Positions 1 through 14,118 of a stretch of 64,000 nucleotides of DNA are shown here, in pieces. The first letter of the stretch is position 1; each line of letters begins with the position of its first letter. The stretch is taken from positions 6,138,001 through 6,202,000 of the forward strand of contig CP075494.1 of the NCBI GenBank assembly GCA_021613535.1, given 5' to 3'. The notes beneath the pieces are model-generated. The model did no database searches. It was given only the letters and a program-made list of their open reading frames with translations, and was not told where the DNA came from. This DNA is from Adineta vaga. Its lineage: Eukaryota > Animalia > Rotifera. Made by a program: the position numbers and the translations under genes.

Positions 1-1402
1 CGTATAAAACTAATCGAACAGATGGTAATATGATTACAAATAAACGTGTACGTTAAATTTATGAAATAAAAGATAAAATTCACGTTTTCAAATGTTTAGT
101 TACGTCAAAATAATAAAAAGAACAAATTTTCGATTGTTAAACATGAGAAATGGGATTATGATGATGACAGTTATATTATGAATGATTTTCAGACAATTGA
201 AACCATTTCAAAACCACAGAGAGAACAATTACAATCACCTTCATATACTCCTGCACAAAAACGACGATGTTCAACAATTGATAATGATCTTTCATCATCA
301 GATGATATCGAAATTCTAAATATCGATGATTTAGATTTTGTTACACCATTTCAAAAGGATCAATCAATTTCATCTCTACAACTAATTACACCAAAATCAA
401 CTACTCGATCTCGACGTCCATCAGTAGCATCATCTATAAATACACCTATTATTCTTTCACCGCCGATTTCGTATGAAACAAATACAAGAATTATTCGATG
501 TATAGCTAACATAGCCAATCCAATAGATGAAGACAAAAAATTACGAATACCAATGTAAGAGAGAGAACAAAACAATCTGTCGATTGAAAATTTTAAGTTG
601 TTCTTTTAGTTCATCAACCGAAACGATCACTACTCTTCGTTATCAAGTGTTAAAACGTTTGTATGACAATTATAATATTTATGCTTGTTTTGTGATACTC
701 TATGATAAACAAGATTGGGAATTAGGAATGTCGGAAAGTGATACAATTCAACTAGCTATTCCAGTTGATGAATCAGATGTAAGTTGTAAATAAAAGATTA
801 TTTTTTTATTATTAAACTAAGAGATTTTAATTCGTAATAGATTCGAGCAATTTATATTGAAAAAGATCCAATAATGATATACGAACAGATTTGTAAAGAA
901 CAATGTTTAGTTGTTTATTCAAATATTCGATTAGTATTAAAGAAGTTTTTCGAAAAACTTGAATTATCTCTTCAACGATTAAGTTTAAAAGTCGATCAAA
1001 CAATTAATATATTAAAAGTTTTCGAAAATTTTATGTTTATCTACTCAATTAATCTTTCAGGTAATTGTTCTATTTTGATTTCATATTTTTTTATTTGATT
1101 TTGTCTTCTATATTAAAGAAAATCATCTAACAGATGAAATATTTGATCAATTAGAAAAATTAACATTAAATCAAACAAAAACATTAAATTTATCAAAAAA
1201 TAAATTTACATCCAATGGTATTCGAACATTATTCGAACGAAAAATCATGGTAAAACTAGTAGAGATTCGAATTATTGATCGAGTTTTCTTTTCTATTTAG
1301 AATAATTTAGTTGTACTCGATTTAACGGGTAATATCGATATTGATTGTATCACAATATTATTTCTTCGAACTCATTTTCCGAATATGACTGTTTATCATT
1401 AA
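1..1402 (+). CDS. Tonsoku-like protein, 3' part (ubiquitin-like domain followed by LRRs); 5' end lies outside the window
   Basis: Spliced translation LRIPI/SSTETITTLRYQVLKRLYDNY...IYEQICKEQC...LELSLQRLSL...SINLSENHLTDE...TLNLSKNKFTSNGI...VLDLTGN ends at TAA 1400-1402. The domain order and spacing resemble the TONSL C-terminus. Confidence 0.55.
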
Positions 1403-1716
1403 GTAGAATGAATGTTTTTCAAAGATATGTGAAAGAGAGATTTAACATTGATTTTCAATGTTTTTATTTCATTAAATAGATTTTTTTTCCTACTCAAATT
1501 CATCATAATAGTTACTGCAAGACATTGAATTCGATTGGGCGGAAATGAAGAATGTACGAACAATGAGATACATTACATTTTGCCAGAAGTCATATTATAC
1601 AAAAAGAAAACCCATTAAATGTTCGAAAAGAGTAATAGCCATAGCCTTCTTTCATTTCTTAATATTATTAACAATAGAATAGAAGCAATTCTTTTTATTC
1701 CATAAAATTTCAAATC

Positions 1717-2292
1717 ATGACTGAGACAAATGTTAATACAGTTTCAACAGAAACATCTGCTGATGTTCCAACACTGGAAAAACATAATTCAAAAGCACAT
1801 GTTTTCATCCGACGTGGTTCGATCTATCCTGGTATTGGAAGTAGTTTCAATGCTAATATGTTCGCTGCTCGAATGCATCGTCTATCCACACGTAGTTCTA
1901 TTCCTCGTTCGGGCTATGATCGTCGTAATATTCGATATGAAAATTCGTATCAAATGGAACCCGATCAAAGTCATAAAGTTGATATGGATCAATTACGTCG
2001 TGTGGCAACAGATACACTTTCAACAGCTGTTCTTGGTTATCGATATGATGTTCATCGTGCTCGACGATTTTCTTCAAATTTAGCCGAACGAATACGTAAT
2101 GAAATTAAACAATTACCCTACATACGATATAAAATTATTGTTCAAGTCGTTATTGGACAAAGAAAAAGTCAAGGTCTACTTGTTGCTAGTCGATGTTTAT
2201 GGGATGTGAAATTAGATCGTCATTTAACCATTACTAAACAAATAGGAAATGCGTATATAACTGTAACAATTTTTCTTGTCTATAATGAATAA
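1717..2292 (+). CDS. Tctex1-domain-containing dynein light chain (TCTEX1D-like), intronless
   Basis: Motifs YENSYQMEP and RYKIIVQVVIGQRKSQGLLVASRCLWD...D are typical of the Tctex-1 family. Confidence 0.9.
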   Translation: MTETNVNTVSTETSADVPTLEKHNSKAHVFIRRGSIYPGIGSSFNANMFAARMHRLSTRSSIPRSGYDRRNIRYENSYQMEPDQSHKVDMDQLRRVATDTLSTAVLGYRYDVHRARRFSSNLAERIRNEIKQLPYIRYKIIVQVVIGQRKSQGLLVASRCLWDVKLDRHLTITKQIGNAYITVTIFLVYNE

Positions 2293-2672
2293 TTGAAAAA
2301 GTTTGTTTCGCAAAACGAAAATGAAGAATCAAATTTCCACCTACATCAATTGATTGTAGAAATAAACCCGAAGATTTGCTATTTTGAATGAGAAATTAAT
2401 TTCAATATCATGAATAGTAGTACATCGACGCCTTCAGTATCATTTCTTTCCTTCCGTTTTGATTCACAAAAAAAACATTTTTATATCACGATTAAATCAC
2501 TGTCATAAATTGATTTTTTAATCCCTATTCGATATTCATGTATTAAATGTTTATTTGGCATTGATTTAATACAAGGCTATGCAATAATTTCATATAAATA
2601 GATACACAATCGAATATCAGGCACTATTCTGATTATTGATTTCAACAAGTAGCAAGTGTCATTTGCAAAATA

Positions 2673-4537
2673 ATGATGATGATCATTCAATGGAGTTTTC
2701 TTGTACTAATATTCGTACAAATTCATGCATCGAAATTGGGTTCGATTCGTCAAGCTACGCCGGAGACTTGCGCGAATCCAGACAGTAAGAAAACATTATC
2801 TGTAATCATGGACGAATTTTCGTTTTTCAGTTACTTTTTGTGATTTTATTCGATGTGTGAATGGAACTTGTGTAGAAGATAAAGCAAGTTCTGAATGTTT
2901 TAAATGTCAATGTGAAGCCGGTTTTACAGGCAAACTATGTGAAACAGCATTTGTTCTACGTAATATTTTCTTTATCAATGTTTTTTCTCTGTAATTCTTC
3001 TTTTGTTAATATCTTTTTCTAGCAAGTGAATGCAATCCTGGCTGTCAGAATGGGGGTCAATGTGAACAAACATCTGAAAATACTTTTGTTTGTGTTTGTC
3101 CACCAGAATTCACAGGTAGTCAATGTCAAACATCTCTAGCAGGTATAAAATTTCATAAAAATAAAAAGTATTTGATACTGATTTTCGATTTAGCAACACA
3201 TCCATGTGTAACAATGCCAACAGCTGTTTGTCAAAATGGTGGCACTTGTACAAAAAATGGTGATGAATATCTTTGCAATTGTGTAGTAGGATGGGGTGGA
3301 AAAAATTGTCAAACACAAGAAAGTATGTTGTAGTTAAAAAAAAAGATAAGGAAAATAATGATTTATGTTCAGCTGTTACACAATGTGAAGCAAACACCTG
3401 TGGAGAACATGGTACTTGTATTCAAGCTGTTACACCAAATGGACCGGCTGTATTTTGTATTTGTGAAAATCAATGGACAGGCAAATTTTGTGATGTAAAC
3501 ATCGATGGTAAAATGAATTCTTTTAGATCATATCTGTAAACATCTTAGTTTCAATGTTTTGAAGACAAATGTCCTACTGGATTTTGTGCATCTGGTGGTA
3601 CTTGTGTAGTCATTCAAAACATGCCAACGTGTCGATGTCCACCAACATATACAGGTATACGATGTGAAACGCTTCTTGGAACAAATATAACGACTACACT
3701 TACGACACCAACAATCACTACAGTAACAGGAACAACAACGACAACAACTCGTGGAACTTTGACACAAGGTAAAGCAAATTTTTCGATAGAATATTTTAAT
3801 TGTTTTGCTTTTTTGATAGTTCCTGGCAGTTGCTCTACTAAACCATGTTTAAATGGTGGTTCATGTTTTAATACAGGGGATAGTTTTGTATGCTTATGTA
3901 ATCAACTATGGACAGGTCCAACATGTGCTATTTCAAACCCAGCAACAATAACAACTACCCCATCCAGTAGGATAATTTCATTGTTCCATATTGTCACTGA
4001 CTTCTTCTCTCATAGGTATTGATGCATGTGCCTCAAATCCATGTAGCAATGGAGGTTCATGTTTTAAACAAATAAATGTTGGTTTTGTTTGTTTTTGTAC
4101 GTCCGCTTTTACTGGTCCGACATGTACTATACCAAGAACAACAACTCCTGCAACGACAGTAACAAACTCTAGTAAGAACTCTATAGAATTATTTTTTTAA
4201 ATTATTATATCCTTTTTTAGCTTCAATAAAATGTGTAAATCAACCGTGTCAAAATGGAGGTACATGTTACAATACTGGTGACTCATATTTTTGCTTTTGT
4301 GGATCAAAGAATGGTTTTACTGGTAAAAATTGTGAAACATCTATTTCTGGTTTATCATCAAGTATGAGAAATTATTATTTCCTTTTCCAATAAATTAAAT
4401 TATAATTATCTATTTTGTTAAAAGATTGTCCATTAAATTGTTCACCAGGTCATTGTGTATCTACTGGTGGCAATCAAAATGCCTATGCTTGTATGTGTAA
4501 TGGTATTTTAAATCCAACAAGTTGTTCAACAAAATAA
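2673..4537 (+). CDS. Secreted multi-EGF-repeat protein (~9 EGF-like modules) with Thr-rich mucin-like linkers; 10 exons
   Basis: Signal peptide MMMIIQWSFLVLIFVQIHA. Repeated CxNGGxC...CxC...(F/W)TGxxC units, about one per exon, separated by phase-1 introns. TAA at 4535-4537. No transmembrane segment seen. Confidence 0.85.
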
Positions 4538-4894
4538 TACCATCAGTAAAAGAAGACAAGATATACATCAGTTTTATGTCTTGATAATAATCTTTTAAAA
4601 TAAATACTTTATCTATAAACTTTGTTTGATCATATGTGAAGAGAAACAGTAAGAAGTTAAGATTTTATCAAATGTATATCGATACTATGTCTTAGTCTAT
4701 AATCATGTATATTTGATTCATTGTTTTGTGTACTATTCATGATAGTATGATACATCATTGTCAGATAAATTGAAGTATTCGTTTGATTTTGACAAGGAAG
4801 AGAATATCGGTAAAAAACCGAGATTAAATGATGCATAAGTAACAAACAATGAGATTGTCTTTGAAATTAGCTGTCAATTATGAAAATATTTATG

Positions 4895-4918
4895 ATATAT
4901 ATATATATATATATATAT
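4895..4918. repeat. (AT)n microsatellite
   Basis: Directly visible in the sequence. Confidence 0.9.
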
Positions 4919-5714
4919 CACAGGTGTAACTTGGATATTTTATTTCGTCATGATATATTGAAAAAGAATAAATCATTGACATCAGACTGATATTTATTTC
5001 TAAACGAAGCGAAATTTTTTTTTAATGAGAAATCATTGGATGATCAAGGTCTTGTTTTTCATAATAAAGATAAAATCATTCGACACTTCTTTTTCTATAC
5101 AAATGATCAGCAAACAATTTTATTGGGCAAAGAAAACGAAAAGAGAACTCATTCAACTTGTATTCTTATCATATCATCAACATTAACTGTTATGATGCTA
5201 TTATTATTTCCATTAAGAAGTATAATTATGTTGTCTATAAGTATTTCAAACAACTTTGTTCATATGAATACGTTTACATTCATCGATCTGATGGAATTTT
5301 CAATTATTTCTTTTTTCGATTAAAAGAAATGACGAAAAAAAAACTTCCATTACATAATTAATAAATGTATCAATTAAAACTATTACTGCGCAAAAAATAG
5401 TGTAATTACACATCGGTTATTATTTTCTCCTTCAGTTGATTTGCACATATTTTTAGGCTATATATTCATGTATATATCGATCCAACTTCATCGGGTATAT
5501 TTATAAATGTTTTCAATTTTTTCCACCTTTTTTTCATAATATCATAACTATTTCCTTATTTCCCTCTCTCTGTCTCTTTTTCTACATAGAAAACAAAAAT
5601 CACATACATATCATTCACATCTAATCAGTCATGCGTAGAGGAAAAAGAATAATATTTTACTGTAATATACAATCGTCAAATATATCTTGGAAAGTTTAAT
5701 GTAAACAAGGAAAT

Positions 5715-7324
5715 ATGTCTCTTCGTGAAGAAATTATTTCTCAATGTATTTGGAGTGATACATACAGTTCATTAAAACATATTCTGAAACGAACAGCAAA
5801 TCAACTACCATTGTTAGTATCATTTACGGATACAGATGATACGGATGAAACAACGAATGATGAACATATCAATCAAACAGTATTATTTTTTGATCGAACA
5901 ATTTCAAATAAAATATTATTTACACCCTTAAAACCATTAGACGATCAGAATAATCAATTCGAAATTCATCCACGTCATTGTATATTTGCAACTACTGATT
6001 TATTTAAAGGTAAAAAGAATATTATTTACCAAGAAAAACATTGATGTATAATATATTCATTTAGGTTTATTTGAATTTGTTCTCAATGGTCAACGTTGTA
6101 GTAAAATCTTTCCAAATCTTCAACAATTAGTCGATTTTGCTGCTCGTCGAAAATGTTCAACTTTATTCATGTCTCGAGATCGTGCACAATGTTATTATCT
6201 CGAACCAAATTCAACAACTTGGTCAAGTAAAAAATATACTCAAGGAGCATTTTTTCAAGCTCAACGTATTCATCATCCTACTGAAACTAACTCACATGAA
6301 TCTCAACGAAATCATAATAATGATTATTTGGAATGTTTAGATGAAGATGGTTATACTGTATTTTTGAAACTAAATCATCCCGGTCGATATTCACTTATTG
6401 CCACGTCTGTTGAACAACAAGAAAATCAACCGGAATTATTTCTTCATTCAACTCAAACGACAAACATTGGACAAATAATTAAAAATTTAACATTTGAAAA
6501 TAATGAGAATAAGAATAATAATTGTATTCGACTTGTTCGTGCTTGTGTTCCACATAATTTTCATTGTCAACATTTACAATTTGTTCGTCAACATACACAT
6601 GATGTCTTAGTTGGATTAACAGAAGAAAATCTTGTTATTGAATGGAATCTTGAAAGTCATGCGCCCTGTCGATATGCAACAAATTTAAATGAAATTCTCA
6701 ATAAATTATCGGGAACATGGGATGAACAAGCTTTAGAAAGTTATATTGGTCAAGCACGAACAAATTATCGAGAAAATTTTCAACATGATTTGCAATTAGT
6801 TTCGACAAGAGATTGGACAGCATTTTTTCAATATTGGAAATGGACCGGCGATTTTCATCAAACGGAAAAAGAAGAAAAAAGTATACCATATCAAAGTCGA
6901 CATCGATTTCATTTAGTTGCATCATTACAAGTTTGATTATTGAACTTTCTCTTCTATGTTGATCTTATTATTTGAATTATTTTAGGATCTTGCTGCTGAT
7001 CCCGAATTACTTATTGCAGAATTACACAAGAAAACACATCAACAACGTCGTGCTAGTAATCAATCTCAACTCGAAAATCAGCCAAAACCAATATCAAAAC
7101 CTCTCACACATAAACAACGAAATTTTCTACTAGAAATGCCGAAACTTCTTGCAAAATCACATCGCCTGAAGAAAGAACGAATGTCACTGCCAAATCGTAA
7201 GCCAACGAAATTATTGGTAACAAATAGTGATACACCATTTGATAATAGTCTTTATGAATCCAATCAACATCATCATTTAACACAATCGAATGTACCAAAA
7301 CATAATTCTCGTCGTACACAATGA
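5715..7324 (+). CDS. CABIT-domain-like protein (THEMIS/GAREM/Serrano-type), 3 exons
   Basis: Exons ~5715-6008, 6065-6930 and 6986-7324 join in frame. Motifs WSDTYSSLKHIL...LPLLV, FKGLFEFV...FPNLQQLV and YLECLDEDGYTVFLKLNHPGRYSLI resemble the CABIT consensus. Confidence 0.55.
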
Positions 7325-7524
7325 AAAGAAAAGAAATTATATTTATGTTGATTTTTTAATGTATAATAAAGAAATGTGTCAATGACATAAATGTGTTTTT
7401 TTTGCACTCTCTCACTCTCGCACATACACATACTCTCTCTCGCTTTTTCTCTTTCGCACAAACTCATTTATTAATCAGCACGCGTGTACTATATATAAGA
7501 GAGAACAAATCCTATTCATATCGA

Positions 7525-8975
<1,451 letters not shown>

Positions 8976-9529
8976 TGGAAATATGTATTCGATTGTTTAA
9001 TAAAAAAACATTTTAAGAATCAAAAAAGAAATCTGAAATAAAGAAGAACGTTTTGTGACATATCGTGAGAGATGATAATTAACATTTGTGTTTCGTCTCT
9101 CTTCTCTCATCACGATGGAAACAAACTCATCGAGTAGAAGGAAGATGAGATCATCTCACGCGAGTTAAACGGCCTGATAAAAATACACGTATAGATACAC
9201 ATTGAGTATAACGGAGAAATGAGAGGAAACGTCAGAAAAATTGCAGCTGAGAAAAAAAAGATGGTATATACACAATAATCTAATCCTTTATTGACATGTA
9301 TAGTAAGTGTCAGAACTTGATAATCCTCTTTTATGGTGGACACGAGGAGACTGATCAGTATATTGAGTGAGACCATTTCTAATTAACTATTTTAAAGTCT
9401 CAAAAGTTTCTATAACAGCGTTTGTTTCTCGTGTTTTAGTTTCGGTCTCTAAAAACAGTCCTCATCGATTACGTAGTTACAGCGAAATATAACGTGAAAG
9501 AACTTATATTAGTTATTCGCAATAGCTGT

Positions 9530-11765
9530 TCAGAGAAAAAAGTCGCATCTTTTAGGTTTTACATGTGGTTTACCACTGTTTGAGGATGGATCAAATTGAA
9601 GAAAAGAGCATTTCAACGAATCATCAAGCTCCATAACTGCTGCCTCGTTACCACAATGGTAACAATAGTTTGGTGCTGAAAAGATCGTCACAAGATTTTT
9701 CTCGTGACACCAGTTAAAACCTTCCATAACCAATTGATGAGCACGAGAGATAAAGCGAATACCGTTTGTATGATTGAATGTTTCGGAAATATCTTGACCA
9801 AACGAGAAACTAGAACGCAATATTGAAATCTGCCAACCATCTCGATCATCTGGATCTGACCTAAAATTTTAAAAGAATATTTAATGTAAAGTTTTCTATC
9901 TGACTAAGATTAACTGTGACACATGAATATGGGGCGAATATTTTCTAAACGACATTATCTTAAAATTGATACCAATGCCATTTCCACTGGAGACCTCATA
10001 GTTAGATTATTCATGTAACAATAATTTCTTATTCTCTTTTACAAATTTTTATCGTATAATATTTTGATCGTTCTTATGATTTGTTCAATTCCGACAGTTA
10101 TCCTTTCAAAAAGCATTCCTTTTCGTAGAAAATCCAGATACTTATAAGAACGCCTTCGAATTTGTTTTCCTACAGATATAATTTAGCCGCTAGACGTATC
10201 GTAATACATGCTACAATTCTTTGACGGCGAAACTATCATCGGCACTTACAGAAAAAAAGAGTACAACTGGTACGTTGTAATGTGAAGAAGGAGAAATGTA
10301 TATCAATCGCGTCGCTCATCACGCATCTCTCAACAAATTAAAAGGAAGTCGAATATTACAGGGAATTATATTTCATCTTAGGTGATTCAAATAGATGAAT
10401 ATTTCTTATTTACCATAATAGATCACACATGGGTCCTTCATGTGGTACTTCTTGAATTCGATCCAATGCTCGAATATGATCCAATGTATCGATCGATGGA
10501 CTAAGTCCACCATGTAGACAAAAGATTTGATTATCGACGATTGCCGTCAATGGTAGATAATCGAATAAGTCAGTAAAGTATTTCCAAACATTGGCATCGC
10601 CATATTTTCTCAAGCATTCATCATAGAATCCATAGACTTGTGTGATCTGTCGAGATTCATGATTACCACGAAGAATAGTGATACGATCTTTGTAGCGAAC
10701 TTTGAGTGCCACTAGTAATGTAACTGTTTCAACTGAATGATACCCACGATTAACATAATCTCCCATGAAAAGAAAGTTTGTATCAGGTACATCGCCAGCG
10801 TTTTTAAAAAGTTCCAGTAAATCATAGAATTGGCCCTAACAACATATATTGAATAATATTTTTCAGAGATTTGCAATCTTCTCTAATCGTAGTTTTTGAA
10901 AGTATATGGTATTAGGAATACAAATATATGAAAAGATCGATCTTATTAGGGCCTGATTTTCTTGTCTCGGGCAATGAATACGATTTCGCATAGAAGTACT
11001 AGAATTGATACTTCGCTGAAAATAAAATTATAACCCATGAGAATACGAAAAGTAACATGATGGACATGAGATTCTAAGACACGACATCTATCCATTTAGT
11101 TCCTTATCTACAAAAAAAGGTGTATATTCAGATGAGCACGCATCCTTTTATGACAGATATCTATTTTACGAAAAATATTTTCGGTAGGACAATCAAACAA
11201 ATACCAGCTCACAAAAGTTCAACATTATATACTAAGTTAAACAAATGGACTACATCAATCTACAACTACATTGGTCGCTAAAAAATGCCATTTTTGCTGA
11301 AACTACAAAATCTCTCTGAATTCGTATTGTATTCCTACTTAATCAATTCTAATACAATTCTACCTCTGATTCCTATGAATAAATCTTCTAGCTATATAAA
11401 GTTTATAAATTGCTTCAATAAGATCTCTTCTCATTAATCTCTCCAAGCATTTTGAAACACTATAAAGACTACTTGACCTTTCAAATATGAAACTCTTCAT
11501 CATTCTTCCTTCTATAATCTTCGACAATCAAACAATCGAAAATGAAACTACTCACATGAACATCACCACAAACAGTCACCGGACATTTGACTTCTTGTAC
11601 ATTTGATTCCTTTGAGAGAATATCTTTCGCTTGTTCGCATAAATATTTAATATGATTTTCTTGTAAGGGTTTACATTCCTTCAGTTGTTCGATCCACGTG
11701 TCAAGTTCTTTGGATGAATATTGTCCAGATTTGTTTTCTTCGCCGATTCTTGATTGTACAGTCAT
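9530..11765 (-). CDS. PP2A catalytic subunit-like, divergent tandem copy 2 (exons 11765-11556, ~10835-10414, ~9860-9530); candidate pseudophosphatase
   Basis: The frame is open across three exons. It has GDVHGQ, GDYVNRG (D88N), RGNHE, ISILRSS in place of ISPRGAG, and the C-terminus KRCDFFL. Confidence 0.85.
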
Positions 11766-12484
11766 TGGAAATATGTATTCGATTGTTTAATAAAAAAACA
11801 TTTTAAGAATCAAAAAAGAAATCTGAAATAAAGAAGAACGTTTTGTGACATATCGTGAGAGATGATAATTAACATTTGTGTTTCGTCTCTCTTCTCTCAT
11901 CACGATGGAAACAAACTCATCGAGTGAAAGAAAGAAGAAATTACCTCACAAGAAGCATACTACTGCAAGTTTTCTGTTCAAAAGATATTTTCATAGTCTG
12001 AGGATTTCATATAAAAAAAAACGTCTGAAGGAAAAAAAACTCCACAAAGAAAAACGTTTCCAGGTTTATTTATATGGATATGTACGAAAAAGAAAAAATA
12101 AGAAGTGATTCACTGAAAGTGTCATTCAACTAGTACTCGTAAAACTACACACATATCAAAAAAGAATACTATGTATAGTAACGAACGTAAGTTAAATAAA
12201 AGGAAATAAATTGATCATCATTAGTTTTATCTTCGTTTCATAGGTAGAAATTAAGAAGAGAAAAAAAATATCATAATAAAGACACACACTCACATACACG
12301 TATAGAGCAATTGAATCTCACAAGGAATAAATAGCATTCGAAATGCGCATTTCTTAATTGGACAAAAAGGATAATAGATAGAGAGGAAAATTTTACCTAA
12401 GAAAAAGACAACATGGCATGTATACAATAATCTAAGACGAGAGACGAAATGTTGTATTTTTGATTTGTTATACTCAGAAGTTAA

Positions 12485-13601
<1,117 letters not shown>

Positions 13602-14042
13602 TCTTTTGTTTATTCAAGTCTATCTGAAAAATTCATGAAGAAATAATTCAATAGTATTTTCATCGGCTGATGATAGAAGTAAACAAAGGTGTAAACGAAT
13701 GAACGAGAAATATTTTTTTCTTTCAATATGACAATGTCTCACCATTGGATACTGATAAAAGTCTTCAATTAATTAGAGAATAATTAGAACAACGAAGAAA
13801 AACATTCTCTTACTTTCTATATATGTTTTTATGATTATTAATATAATTTTCTAATTAATAATAGATGTCGCTAATATCGATATCAGATTTCATTTGCAAT
13901 CGATTTAAGATAATCAAGAAAAATAATCAAATGTTTGAGATTCACCAATATGATTATTTTCTAAACAAAATACAACGAAGGCTGTCATCGAAACATACGC
14001 AACGTTATTAAGAAATGGCGACTAGAATTTGAATCCCTTGTG

Positions 14043-14057
14043 GTTACAATAAGCAAC
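14043..14057. promoter_or_regulatory. Candidate RFX X-box upstream of the SPATA6-like gene
   Basis: GTTACA-ATA-AGCAAC approximates GTNRCC-N0-3-RGYAAC and lies ~60 bp before the ATG at 14119. Confidence 0.4.
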
Positions 14058-14118
14058 TTATATTTATTTTCGTTGTCGGCTGCATTATTTCAATCACCTT
14101 CGCACAAGTAAAGTAGAA

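Noticed and set aside
9340-9465. Short inverted matches (gaggagactg/cagtcctc, gagacc/ggtctc) suggesting a MITE downstream of PP2A copy 2
   Set aside because: The arms are short and gapped, with no target-site duplication and no second copy in the window.
9861-11555. Enlarged introns of PP2A copy 2 as possible transposon or nested-gene insertions
   Set aside because: No terminal repeats, long ORF or transposase/RT motif could be seen.
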